Assembly (NCBI GenBank): GCA_002104905.1
Contig: MCFE01000391.1
Location: 1 to 64,000, forward strand
From: Basidiobolus meristosporus CBS 931.73
Taxonomy: Eukaryota; Fungi; Basidiobolomycota
Reading direction: 5' to 3'
Length of the DNA stretch: 64,000 nt
Shown here piece after piece: positions 1 through 13,087 of the stretch. The notes under the pieces are model-generated. The model was not told where the DNA came from. It saw only the letters and a program-made list of their open reading frames with translations, and searched no databases. Each line of letters begins with the position of its first letter. Within the stretch, counting starts at the first letter, position 1. Made by a program: the position numbers and the translations under genes.

Positions 1-2135
1 ACAGCAAAATCAAGTAGCAGGACATGCTATCAGATCAATAATTGTTATGACAAGATGTTTGATCCATGATCAAAAATTATCCTATGATTTTGGGGCGGAT
101 CAGTTGCTACTGCTGTATACCATAAGAATAGGAGCTATAACAGAATACTTTGTGATTCTACTTCATTTGAAGCATAACATGGGTACAGATCAAATGAAGA
201 ACATATAAGAATATTTAGGTGTAAAGCATATGCCAAGAAACTGCCCTGAAATCAGTCAAAATATGAGCCAAAAAGTGAAAATGCAAATTTGTGGGCTACT
301 ACAAGTAAGGCATACCGGCTCTGCAATACCAAAGCAAAGAAGCTAATCAAGTCTAGGGATGTGTTGGTTGATGAAGATTCAAAATTTGCACAGAAAATGA
401 CATGAGATTATGAAAAAGTTTTGATCCCAGGTCCACCAATTGTTAGGATTGCATCAGAGCAAGACAATGAAGATGTTTTCACTCCAGAGGACTCTACAAC
501 TGTGGCTCAGCCTGAAACAGTGCCCAGGTATATCTTGGATGTGATCATTTCAGTATCAAATGCCCTAAGATCAAATCTGACAAGAAATAGCCCAAGTTGC
601 TATATCAACGAGGTTACAAACTTAGCCTATGCCTATTCAGTCTATATTAATGAGCCTCACACTGTAAAAGTGACCCTAAATAGCCCTCACACAAAGCTTT
701 GGTGATATTCAATGCTGGAGGAATATAAGGCCCTGATGAAAAATCAAGCTTGGGACTTAGTCAAATTACCAATCAACCAAAAATCAACTGGATACAGTTG
801 GGTCTTTAAGACAAAATTCAAGGCTGATGGCTCAATCAAAAGATACAAAGCAAGACTTGTGGCCAAAGGATACACTCAAATACAAGGACTTGACTATATT
901 GAGACCATTGCACCGTTAGCCAAGTTTGATTGCATTGGACTGATATTGGCTATTGCAGCCAAATACAAGCTTCTTGTACATCAAAAGGATGTAAAACTGT
1001 ATTGTTGAATGGAGAACTTGCTGAGGGCATGTATATGGACCAGCCTGATGGATTTGTTGACCAAGATAACCCCCACTTGGTCAGCAAGCTTAAAAGATCA
1101 CTATATGGTCTCAAACAATCACCAAGAGCCTGGAATTGCAAGATAGATTCTTATTTGGAGTCTTTGAGTTTTGAAAGGAGTAATGCCAACTTTAGTATAT
1201 ATCATGAGCCAGATAGAGCAAATTTAGTTCTATTAGCTCTAAATTTGGATGATCTTATTATAGCAACCAATAACATAGCCTCTCTAAGGAGTTCAAGATG
1301 TCACATATAGGAGAACTCAGTTACTACTGTGGGATTAAGCTCTCCATAGACAGAAGTACTCAGACTATCACACTAAGCCAATCCATGTTTATTCAAGATA
1401 TATCAAAGAAGTAGCAAATGGAAGACTGTAAACCAGCCACTACAGAAATGGAAGCAAAACTGAACTTGGTCAAAATTCAACCAAATCAGGTGAGCTTGGT
1501 GGTATCTGAAAGCCCTGACTTTTCTTATCAATCTATAGCCAACAGTCTGATGTATATCATGCTTAAAACACATCCAGATATTTCATATTCAGAACTATAG
1601 ATCTGATCATATTGCAGCAGTTAAGTGGATTTTTAGATACCTAAAAGGAACTGCTGATATATGCTTAGGATACACTTGTAAGGATTTTGAACAAAATCCT
1701 GTGGGATACTCTGATGCTGATTGGGGACAAAATTTGGATGACAGAATATCCACCACAGGATACACCTTTCTTTACTGTAAAGGAGGAACTTCATGGAATT
1801 TAAGAAAGCAACCAACCATAGTACTTTCTACCACAGACGCAGAGTATATGGCGGCCTGTGAAGCCACAAATGAAGCAATGTGGTTAAGAAAGCTTTTTAC
1901 AGATGTTGGCCTATGTCAAAATATGGCTGTTACATTATTTCAAGATAATTAAGGATGTATTCAATTAGGTAGAAATCCAACTTCTCATGCTAGCACCAAG
2001 TACATAGATATTAGACATCATTTCATACTTGAAGCTATAGGGAACAACTTAGGCTAGTTTACTGTCCTTCAGATGAAATGATTGCGCACATATTTACCAA
2101 ACCATTGGCTAGAGACAAGCTTGAATGTCTTAGGT
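1..2135 (+). mobile_element. Ty1/Copia retrotransposon pol remnant (integrase C-terminus, RT, RNase H), pseudogenised and cut by the window edge
   Basis: Fragments read SVATAVYHKNRS (integrase end), WVFKTKFKADGSIKRYKARLVAKGYTQ and SLYGLKQSPRAWN (Copia RT), and GYSDADW...STTDAEYMA...FQDN (RNase H). Domain order is INT-RT-RH, with many stops and frameshifts. Confidence 0.95.
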
Positions 2136-2446
2136 CCAAATTGGTCACTTAGATTGTTGGCTTCAAGTCATAGAGAATACTGACCAAATTACTTATTGGA
2201 ATTTACTTGGAAAATTTTTACCAAAAACTAGGTACCCAAAATATTAAAATTATCAGAAATGTCCAAACAGCTCCAAACCTTGCACACATGTTCTTGGGAC
2301 CTTCCTTAGCCTATTCTACATGTTGGATATGCCAAGACCATGTACAAGTATAAATATTTCTTTTACATTCAATAAATCATTAAGTGAATACCACATAATC
2401 TACTTGTCCTCCCAAATCACTTCCAATATCTCCCAGACTCTTACAA
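2136..2446 (+). repeat. Copia 3' LTR, 5'-truncated
   Basis: Aligns by eye with 22105-22418 and with the reverse complement of 25747-26065 (shared ...ACCACATAATCTACTTG...TTCCAATATCTCC.AGACTCT(T)ACAA). Confidence 0.75.
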
Positions 2447-4099
2447 TTCTCTTAAAGCAGCTGCTAGATTTCAGCCATGGCACTCTTGTTCTTCTGCCTT
2501 TGATAGTTTCTGCAATTCTTAAGATAATTTCTTAGCATACCAATGATGGTCCAAAATCAGTTTGCCTGTTTGAGTCAAGGATAATGCCCATGGAGCAAGT
2601 CCAGTGCATTCTGCTTGGCCTTGAGTTCCTGATGGTCCTATGGTATACCGGCCTTATAATGATGGCATGCTAGACTTCTGACAGCCTCTTGAATATCAGC
2701 CCACTCTTATTGTTGCACTCAGCAACTTCACCAATTTTCAATGTCTTTTGATTTGTAGACTTTGTTGTAAATACCACATTGTCTCCCTCCTATGCTGTGA
2801 TAGGTTTTTCTGTGGGCTTTATTTTTGGCAACAGTTGTTGTGCTTCAAATACTGTATGGTATTCCTCTGCTGTTACATTGGGAAATAGCTCAATTCTTTG
2901 CTGTGACACTGAGCTACTTGAGTTCCTTCTTTGCAGTAACAATACTGCTTTCTCTACCTGGGATATGGATTGCTCTACACATATTATAAACTCATACTGT
3001 GTCTGGACGTTTTCCTGACTTCTCTGGGCCATTGCATCTGTTGTATTACCCACTGCACATAATTGCTTTGTTAATGCTTCTGTATGAGCTGACAACATTC
3101 TTGCAAATGTGGGTGGTGGTTATTTGATGACTGCTACTTGCTGGTCTTCAACTGAGAGTACTGCATCAGCTACATTTACATCTGCCTGAGCTCAGTGGTT
3201 GGGTTGTAACTCCGCAGATGTCCTCAATTGCCTACTTGACTGAGAGCCTGAGAAGTATGCATTGCTCCCTTCTGTGGGCACACTGTTAACATGTCCTTTT
3301 TTGGCTGTAGGCCGGCTTGCTGCATTGAGCATCAAAGCAAGCTGTTGTCCAACTGTTCTTCTGCTGCTGTCAGTGGTGGGGCTTGGTTGGCAACCAGACA
3401 ACTTTGCTATACTTAATGGTGACATATATATGGAAGTAAGTCAAACCAAAGGAAAATAGTGTTACATATATATGTGTATGTAGTGCCACAACTTTATTTA
3501 CTATGCTTACTATGGCAGGTCATCATTGAATCTAACATTCATATAGGAGCAATGTCTCAAATATCAGAGTGTCTTAAGTTCATATGAGTTTTGACCAAAA
3601 ATGATATAATAGTGTTGCATTGTTGAAGGTCAAACTGTTTGCCCCATGGAACAGACTATTTTGATTCAATACTGTAAGAGAAGAGAAAAAAGACCATGTG
3701 GCTATTGTAGCAAGCCTTTCAGCCACCAAGCACACAGGCAGCATAGGAAGTATTACTAGGATAACAGCCAGTGCTTGGCCACACAAGTCATATTTGACCA
3801 TTCACCAGTCACTAATGTACCAACAACATGTTGCAAGCCACCTCCTACTTCTATATTGGCACCTGGCCACCTTTGTCACCTTGCCTAAACTGAGTCAGGT
3901 GAGTTTGTGACACCTTTAGGCTCACCTCAGCCTTCTGAATATGGCAAACAGAGTAATAGCTCTGACAAAGAAGGTTCACTTATGAATTGTGAGCCTATCT
4001 CCCCTAACAACAGTACCACATATGAGCCATGTCAAATCTCAATATTCAATGAGACAACTTCCATTGACACAAATACCAAGGATAGTTTATCAAGCCAAG

Positions 4100-6400
4100 T
4101 GAGCCCAGTGATCCATCTACTGGTGAATAATGCAATGTTGTGGCTAGAGAGGATGCGTGTTTCCACTAATATCAGTAATGGGGGCTTTGCAGATTTATTA
4201 CTACTTCCTGTCAAAATCATTCCAGGATGCAACTTACCATGTACATGGGACATGTGGACAACTGTCATGTAGTGTGGTGGGGTCACAGTAACACCATTGA
4301 CAGATGTGCTCATTTCCAAATTTTCTACTTGCCTATTTTTCTACTACTCTTGACTGGAAACATATGACCCAGAGACTGTGCTGATTCCAGCATGTGTTAA
4401 CAGTTGCATGGCATTCACATCTAAAAATGCTACCATTATAACAAGTCCAAATAGTCAAGAATCCACCACCATTGAGGGAAAACAGTTTTAACACTCCATA
4501 TATTTTCTGGTATTATCCCATCTAAAGAAGCTTATGCAGTCCAACAAGAAATGCAAAGCTACACAGTACTGCACTCAGTATCAATCAAGGGCACACATAT
4601 CCAATATATTCAATGACAAACAATACAAACAGCTAACAAGCAAGGGCTACTTTGAAGGTATCCAGCCATCAACAAGATAGCAGGTTTTTCTGGGCACAAT
4701 GGACAGTATTGCTTTCAATTGTGTGAGATCCAGGGGATCTGCCTCTTAACTCACACATATTATTATTACCCATACACCAGCACTAACAACACCATCTCCC
4801 CATTGAGAAAACACACAGAAGTAAGTATGCAATTGCAGTAAAGATGGCAAGCTATAGGCCATTGGCCGCAATATGAAATCAATTGGAAACTAGAAATACT
4901 TAAGGTACAGGGTATCTGTTGGAGCAAAAGCTTTCTGCTGGTAGCAATCTATATAATTTTCTGTAACTCCCCTATACTGGTGACCATGTTGTGCATGGGG
5001 TATTTCAAGCTAAATGAGCTCTTTGAGATACCAGAGAAATTTGAAAAAATTGGTAAGATGTTATGGAGTATCTGCTACCCTCAGTACTTCTCACAGGCTC
5101 CAATAGATATTCATACACATATGTGACAATACAAATGCAAAGACTGGATGAACTAGGTATGTATTTACTCAAGTGGTATTCTGAAGCCATTTGTACAAAG
5201 AGTACATTGGAAGCATTAGGAATCATATGTGGACATTGTAGGAATAGGTATCCAGAAGTGGATCACCAATGCCCAATTGATGCATCTACAGTGATTGTGC
5301 AAAGAGCTTGTAACCAGATTTGAGCAGCTATACTACAAACATAAAGCTAAACATGTAGATCTCTGCCACTACTGTCTCCATTCTCAACTGCATCTGGCTC
5401 AGTGCATAGAGAATAATGGGCCTGCTTCACCTTTTGAGAGTTGCCTACAAAGCAGAAATGTGCGGAGATAGGAAGACAAGTCAAGCCATAGGTACTACCA
5501 TATCCAAGCTTCATCAAGAATATTACCTTCAAGTCCATCATGGATGTAATTAGTTGGCACATGGAGGGCAGCCAGGATCAGATGGAAAACACTGAGGACA
5601 GATGTGCACATGAAGACACCTATGCATATGGCATTAAGAAGCTAAGCAGCCCCAATGTGTAGGTAATCAGGTCAGTAATGCAAAGTTGGGTTGGGTGCAA
5701 CAAGCACCTATTTTTTATTAGGATAACTATACCAAGATATACTGGACTTCTCATGGTCACAAGCCAACTTCTATGCCATTTAATGTGAAATTCACACAAA
5801 CAAGAGCCAGAGTGCACCTATAAGGGGAACCAGAATCTAGCAGTGAGAAGGAATATATTGGCAAATACAAGGATGTTCTTTGCAGATAGTCAGGAGGTAT
5901 TCATGGCAGAAGTAGCGGCAACCAAGTATATATTTGCATGATGTATATGTTACTAGCAATAGAAGGTATATGATAACTTTGCAAGTATCACACTGGAAAG
6001 CCATAAAATTGAGGTGATAGAAATATGTAAATTGCAGCAGGTGTGCACATATGTAGCATTTGGTAAGCAGAAGGCAATATGCCATCAGAGTCTTGCTCTG
6101 AGGCTGTTAAATTCCATCAAGATTGTTGCCATATAAGGCAATTGGATGCGCTGGCTGGTTAGATCCATCTAAAGTGGTTGTAGAGTGCATTAAGACAGCA
6201 AAAATGTCATGTAATTATTGTCACAGTACCAATCAAACCCCATCAAGCTTTATAACTTTATTTGGCAGTAAAATTAGCAAAATGCCATTGTGATCCCATC
6301 ACAAGATTGTTAAGAGGATCATAAACTCCATGCTGTGGGTGATATGATGGTCTCTAATGGGATCCTTGTGGCTGATCTGGATTAGATCCACCCACAGGAC
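4100..6400 (+). mobile_element. Degenerate CACTA/EnSpm (CMC)-like transposase region
   Basis: Frame fragments IPACVNSCMAFT, ISNIFNDKQYKQLTSKGYF, GFSGHNGQYCFQLCEIQG and TIQMQRLDELGMYLLKW resemble Transposase_21/Tnp2-type motifs (CxNSCxAFT, GHNG..CxxC). Boundaries are approximate and termini were not found. Confidence 0.55.
4268..4380 (+). repeat. 5' fragment of LTR family B
   Basis: TGTAG...CACAGTAACACCATTGACAGATGTGCTCATT matches the starts of the LTRs at 6939 and 9346(-). Confidence 0.7.
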
Positions 6401-6938
6401 CAAATTGTCTTTCATAGGAATTACTACTAAGTGAACAACTGGACTATTACCAGTTACACTGTGGAATGGACAAGACTGCATACTACCAGTTGAGTTAGCT
6501 ACTACTATGTGGAACTCATTAGAATGGACATCTAATATGCAAATTGAGACCTGCTAGTAACCTGTAATAGCAACTTGTTCACCGTGCCTTAATTATCTTC
6601 ATAGCTGCTGAACAACTTCAGGAGATACAACTGAAGAACAAGGCACCCTTTGACAAGTTGTACCCAATGAGACCAATACCACTTTTACTTGGAGACCTTG
6701 TACTACACTATGATTTCACCTTGGACAAACAATGGAGTCAGAAGTTTGAAAACAAATGGACTGACCCCTAAATCACTTGTAAAGTGATTGGAAATAGATG
6801 TTACTGCATATCTGAGCATGACAACACCCAACTAAATGTGCCAGTTGCAGGAAACCAACTATATTATTCAAGCACAGGAATTTTGAACTTTTAGTTTAGC
6901 TAGCTTTGATCCAAGCTCAAAGCTGAGAGTAGTGTGCA
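6400..6938 (+). mobile_element. Ty3/Gypsy family B integrase C-terminal remnant
   Basis: TTGLLPVTLWNGQDCILPVEL..MW resembles the Gypsy integrase TG.SP..L.YG...LP.EL motif. It is followed by a GDLVL...LDKQWSQKFENKWT-like segment immediately upstream of LTR B1. Confidence 0.65.
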
Positions 6939-7782
6939 TGTAGCAGGGGCACAGTGGAGACCACTGACAGATGTGCCCATTCCCCCAGTTTCTGCTTCCC
7001 CGTATCTCTACTACCCTTGTACACTTTATGTAAGATTGCTGGATGTAAGTGCATCTGTATTAGGCAAGTACCCACACCAGGATTGGTGACATATGATCAA
7101 ACCACTTGATCATTCCTATTGCTTTCATTCCATATATAGTACCCCTATGTTATACAGGTCTCAGAATAATGACCCTTATTGGCTGGATGTGCTTTGCATC
7201 TTAGAAACTTCTGGCATATACTTAGAACATGCTTAACTTATCCTGATGTCATTAAGATCTCTATTGATCTCCAAAACTTTCTGGAGCACCTTGATTGGTA
7301 ATATATCAGCTAGTGACAAAAGTATATAAGGCAGCCAGTCCTTCAAGAGTTAATATCATCCCTTTGATCAATAAACTAACAAGTTGATTAGTGTAATCAC
7401 TGCAACCAGCTGCCATCTCAACTTCCAGCCCCAGACCACAGGACACCCCCAGGAAACCACTTTGACAGCCAACTGACCTTGGAGGCATTACTTGTGAGGA
7501 ATACTTGGAGTAGGTATCTTTTATTATATTTGATTCTTTCTCAAGTTTGTACTTGTACAAGCAAAAATACTTTTCTGTCTTTGTAACTATTGACCACAGC
7601 TGCATTTGTATCAGGTCCCTGCTGGTGGAGTTTACAGTTGCTTTGACCTTGGAAGCTTTAGTACATTGTCCTCTCAAAGGATGCTGAGCCCAGCACATAC
7701 TTTTGTCAAGATGCCAACTAAGTTGGGGATTGTAGCTCTATAGTTTTTCCTTGACAAGCTTGTAGTTTTATTCCACATCACA
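6939..7782 (+). repeat. LTR family B copy 1 (about 844 bp, TG...CA)
   Basis: Starts TGTAG, ends TCACA and has an internal TATATAA. Co-linear with the reverse complement of 8511-9346. Confidence 0.8.
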
Positions 7783-7801
7783 TTAGATTAGAGACAGAAC
7801 C

Positions 7802-8230
7802 ATTAGTAATAACTTAGGAAATAAGAAAAGTATATAAAGGAGGCTATCCCTCAACAATAAATCATCATCCCCTTTATCAATATTCCAACTTGTCAATTAA
7901 TGTGATCACTGCTGGCTGATGCTACCTTAACTTCCATTACCAGGCCACAGGACACTCCTGGGAAACCACAATGACAGCCAACTGACCTTGGAGGCACTAC
8001 TTGTAAGGAATACCTACAGTAGGTATATCTTACTATACTTTACTCTTTCCCATGTTTGTTCTTCTACAGGCAAAAATACTTTCCTGTCTTTGTAACTATT
8101 GACCACTGCTGCATTCTTATCAAGTCCCTGCCGGTTGAGTATACAATTGTTTTGACTTTGGAAGCATCAGTACTCTGTTGTCTCAAATGACACTGAGCCC
8201 AGCGCATACTTCTGCTAAGATGCAATTAAG
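7802..8230 (+). repeat. LTR family B partial tandem copy
   Basis: Repeats the 3' half of 6939-7782 (AAAAGTATATAA...GACAGCCAACTGACCTTGGAGGC...CTGAGCCCAGC). Confidence 0.8.
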
Positions 8231-8510
8231 TTGTAGGCTGTGGCTCAACTTGCTGTGCTGCCAACTCTTGAGAAAACAGCTGTTTTCTTGCTAGTGATTC
8301 TTCTTGGCTATAATGTCATTTGGTTTGTACTGGACTTACTGCACTGATTTGTAGGAACTTCAATTTATTTCTCATGCTGTGGTGGTGTATAAGTCCAAGG
8401 GAGAGATATGTCCAGCACTTCTCAAGTGTCTTGTGTGTGGGGTGTTCACTGGGTGCAATAACCTCTGGCAAAAGCTTGCTAGAAATACTTGGGTTCTGTC
8501 TCTAATCTAA

Positions 8511-9346
8511 TGTGATGGGGAATAAAGCCACAAGCTTGTCAAGGGAAAACTATTGAGCTACAATCCCCAACTTAGTTGGCATATTAACAAAAGTATGTGC
8601 TGGGTTCCGCATCCTTTGAGATGACATAGTACTAAAGCTTCCAAAGTCAAAACAACTGTAAACTCCACCAGCAGGGACCTGATACAAATGTGGCTGTTGT
8701 CAATAGTTACAAAGACAGAAAAGTATCTTTGCCTGTACAAGAACAAATTTGGGAAAGAATCAAATATAATAAAAGATACCTACTCTGAGTATTCCTCACA
8801 AGTAGTGCCTACAAGGTCAGTTGGCTGTCAGCGCAGTTTCCTGGGAGTGTCCTGTGGTCTGGGGTTGGAAGTTCAGGAAGCAGCAGGTAGCAATGATCAC
8901 ACTAAGCAACAAGTTGGTATATCAATAAAAGGGATGATGATTTATTGTTGAGGGATAGCCTCCCTTATACACTTTTCTTACTGGCTAAGTGATTACTAAT
9001 CATGGTGTTCCAGAAGGTTCTATATATCAATAGAAATCTTAATGACATCAGAATGACCTAGTAATGTTCTATGTAGGTGCCCAAAGGTTCTAAGAGGCAC
9101 AGCACAACCAACCAATCAGGAATCAGTATACTGAAGCCTGTGCAACAAAGGGATACCGTATATGATATGAAAATGGTAGGATGGTGACACGGGTTGACGT
9201 GTCACAGGTACTGGTGCGGGTACTTGCCTAACATAGAAGTTAAGACAAATGGGACAAAACCAAAATAAGTGTAGTAGAGATATAGGGAAGTAGAAAATAT
9301 GGGAATGAGCACATCTGTCAGTGGGTGTTACTGTCACCCTACTACA
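8511..9346 (-). repeat. LTR family B copy 3, inverted (about 836 bp)
   Basis: Reverse complement of copy 1 over its full length. A purine tract AGAGACAGGGAAG lies just upstream on the minus strand. Confidence 0.8.
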
Positions 9347-9579
9347 ACACTTCCCTGTCTCTGGCTAGGTTGGCTTTTTTCCCTTAACCTTTTTGTTGAT
9401 TGCTACCAGGTCTTTTGCAACTACTTTGTCTGAATGCAGATTGAATTGAACTGCATTTTCTCCTTGATAGTGCTGCACTGATGCATCAGTTTTGGCCTGC
9501 TTGTCCCTTGCTGTCACTCTCTTCACAACCTGAAATTTCTTAACCACTTATTTTGAGCTTGGAGCCCTACTTGTGACAG

Positions 9580-9947
9580 CATTATGATCTGCTGCTTGAA
9601 TGTTTAAGTTAGACCAATTTTTAGTCAAATCAATTAGTTATATGTTAAGCTTATCAGTATATCAGTATTATCTATGAGATCAGTAGCATTAGTCAGCACT
9701 GAATCAGCAGATCCTTATCAGACAGAAAGAGATATATTAAGTAGGATCTTATTGGGTGACAATAAAGCAATCAAGTGAGTCATCAGCCACAGCCTACATT
9801 AGGAAATACAATAAGTCAGCAATTGGCCTGGCAAAATTTATATAAGGATCTGCTAGAACCTCAATAAAAATCAGTTCAAGTTTTAGTGAATACAACATTA
9901 GCTAAACCCCCTATTCCTCTACAACTCTTATACCAAGACTTGTAGCA
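9580..9947 (+). repeat. Gypsy A 5' LTR
   Basis: Direct repeat of 17363-17731 with roughly 40 differences in about 366 bp by eye (about 88-90% identity). The terminal TG is not preserved. Confidence 0.9.
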
Positions 9948-9948
9948 T

Positions 9949-9958
9949 TGGTAGCAGC
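9949..9958 (+). promoter_or_regulatory. Primer-binding site TGGTAGCAGC, consistent with a tRNA-iMet 3' end
   Basis: Lies 1 nt after the LTR end. TGGTAGCA is complementary to the ...UGCUACCA end of many initiator tRNAs. Confidence 0.65.
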
Positions 9959-11746
9959 AATAACCAGAAACATCCCTCCTGAAGAAAGAAGAAGCCTCCC
10001 TCAAGATGTCCAAAAATCAAGAATGGAAGAATTCTATGCAACAAATCCTAGCCCAGCAGCAACAGTTACTCCTGTTTCTTAGCCAGCAGCAACAAGGAAT
10101 GACTTCCATGGTGCAAAGCCAGCAAAACCCTGTCAAGAGCAACTTTAGTGAGAAGGTCAATTGGTACCATGGTAGAGTCAATGAAAACCTGAGAACTTGG
10201 CTCTTCCAGATTGAAGAAGCTTCCAAGGCTAAGGGAATTGCTCCAGAAAGCAAGTTGCATTATGCAGCCTCTTACCTGGCAGATGCAGCTTTACAGTGGT
10301 ACCACAACAAGATCAGGTCAGCCACCATGATGGGATGCACCACATTCTCTACCTGGGATGAGTTTGTGTTGGGAATTTAGGATGTCTTTGAGCTCCCACA
10401 CCAACGGAAGTTACTGAGAAGAAAGTTGAAGAGACTCAGACAGAAAGGAATGGTCCAAGAGTACATCTATGAATACAGATGTCTACTTGGACAAGCTGAA
10501 AGAATGGACCCTCTGGATTAAGTTGAATACTTTATTGATGGGTTGAAAGAAAGAACTTGTAAGGAAGTGAATTATTGAAGACCTCAGACTATTGAAGAAG
10601 CCACCAAGGTTGCCATTGACTATGACTCAGCTATGTTTGGAGTTGGAGAGCCCACAATGACTAATCAGAGAGGCTACAATCACTATGAAAGCTAACAATC
10701 AGAAGCAATGCCAATGGAAATAGAAGCTATATCAAAGAATCCTACCTCAGAAGAATGTAAGAAGAATGGACTTTTTTTCAATTGCCACCAGCAGGGACAT
10801 ATTGCAAAGTACTGCCCTCAGAGAAGAAATGGATACCAGCCATCAAGAACCTTTAACCATATTGAGGCCCTGGAGCATAGTAACATGGCGGATGAATTTG
10901 AAGAAGACTCAGAACTCACCTTTCATATGACAGAAGAATACCTATCCCAGATGACCTCAAACTCAGGAAAGCTATTATACTTAAATGGAGTAATCAATGG
11001 AGTTCTTGCCAAGATCATGATTCACTCTGGAGCTTTGCATGAGTACATGTGAGCAATTTGCTTTGAAAGCTGGAATCAACTTGGAATCCACCAAATCAAC
11101 TTCAGTCTCAACAGCTGATGGGAACTCTCACAGAATCAACCGCATTACTCAGCCAGTAAGGATGAAGATCAATGACTATGAAGTTCTGCAGAGTACTCAG
11201 AAAAGGCACCCAGATGTTTTTCATGACAGTATTACAGGAGGATTCCTCTACTCCAGTACCCCAGAAGGTCCAGACTCTTTTGAAGGAGTATTCAGACATA
11301 TTTCCAGATGAGTATGTAAGCCTACCACCAGTCAGAGATGTGGATCATGCCATTAAAACAGGAGATAGCCTTCCAGTGAGTAAGACACCATATAGAATGA
11401 GTCCATTGGAGTTGGAAGAGATGCAGAGACAAATAGTTCAGTTACTGGAGCAAGGATATATCAGACTCAGCAAGTCACCTTGGGGAGCACCAGTACTCTT
11501 GGTGAAGAAGAAGGATGGAACACTTAGGATGTGCATTGACTACAGAGTCCTCAACTTGGTTACTGTGAAGAATAGACTTGCTTTGTTGGATTATACCACA
11601 TAGTGCCAGCCTGTTTATAGTGCCAGATTGATCTGGCACTATCTGGCACTATAATTTCTACCACCATGCCAGTGGTGGGATATAGTTACTGGTAACTTTG
11701 CCCAATCTTACTTATGTTGCTCAAAGAAGTGCTTTCCCTGCTTTAT

Positions 11747-12631
11747 TTACTCTTCATAATGCTCCAGACACATTTCTCTCAGTGGATGTCTTCTTGTACG
11801 AATATACTATGCATTGATAAGTATCTTAACTATTTTACCAATTCTGCTGTTTTCACCTATATATGACTTTTGGCTGTATTTACCTGCCAATATGCTGAAT
11901 GTCTTCAGATATCAAAATGTATGCTTTACCCTCACTATGAAATGATTAAATATCTCATTGTAGAGCTTCTGCTTCCTGCTAGTCACACCATTCCTTTGCT
12001 TCCTACAAGCTGTAATACATCTTAATATCTGACAATCCTCTCCTACATAAGCTAAGTCTGCCACACATTTCTCCCCTCTACTGAATTCTGGATGATTCTC
12101 TACCCAGAGTGTTTTGTCATGCCTACTTCCAGCAAATGGCCCACTAAACCAGATGATGTTACCCTCAATGTCAGGCAGTGCTTGAAACTCCACACAGTGT
12201 GTCTTGCACTTGCCAGAATAAAAGTGCCTCTACCCTCTAGAAGGTCTATTAATCCTGACTGGGAAGGCATCCAAAATACTCCTTATATGGAACCTGTTGC
12301 TGAACATTCTGGGATGTGGAACTCTATTGGAGCTTCTGAACCTAGTACTCCAAGCTTGCTTTAAGTCATACATATCCTCTGCAAGGTGGTTCTCCATTGC
12401 TGTCAGTTGGGAATGGGAGCTTCTAGGACTTTTGTTGCCATGGATGGTAGGATGAAACCTCATAGGGCAATAGATCTTGTAATAGCAGAGAAGCTTAACA
12501 AGGGATCTCCTTGAGTAGATTGGGGTAGATGGACCACAGTACTTGGTATAGATCTCCTCTAGTGTATCAAAAGGAAATCCAGTGGTAGTGATGGGATTGA
12601 TGAGAAAAGACCATTCAGATGAATAAGTCAT
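11747..12631 (-). pseudogene. DDE_Tnp_4-like transposase (294 codons, 2 in-frame stops)
   Basis: ILDAFP...YSGKCKTHC..FQ...GSRHD...ADLAY...RVKH. Same 885-bp length as copy B. Confidence 0.9.
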
Positions 12632-13087
12632 ATTCAAATTGGTAAGGATCTGGCTGATATGATTTAATTTGATTCGATTTAGCACAATCAGCTTTATTTA
12701 TCTGATTTTCCATGCATTATGATTAAATCTCCATAAATTGCCATGTATCCCATCATTTCATTGCAAAACTCATCCTCAAATAATGACTGGGTATTTGTAT
12801 TGATGTTTTACTCACAAGTCTATAATTAAATAGGAAATCTGTAATTGATGTGTTCTGATCCGTGCCAATGTAATCCAAGATGCCTCATGCATAATGTATG
12901 GAGAATTCAACAATCACATTAGTTTTCATATATATTTCATATAAGACCAGGTTGATACCAATACACTACTGTATAAGTATCCAAATCCATCACTATGGTC
13001 CCTATACTAAGTCTCAACTCATTTTTAGTTCAACCCAGACAAAACCCATCTCCCAGCTCACAAGCACGGTCTGGACCTAAAAAGGCA

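Noticed and set aside
2447-3450. Minus-strand ORF fragments (2790-3098, 3192-3425) as a gene
   Set aside because: They lie in CpG-depleted, stop-riddled DNA and are probably a TE relic, but I cannot assign a family.
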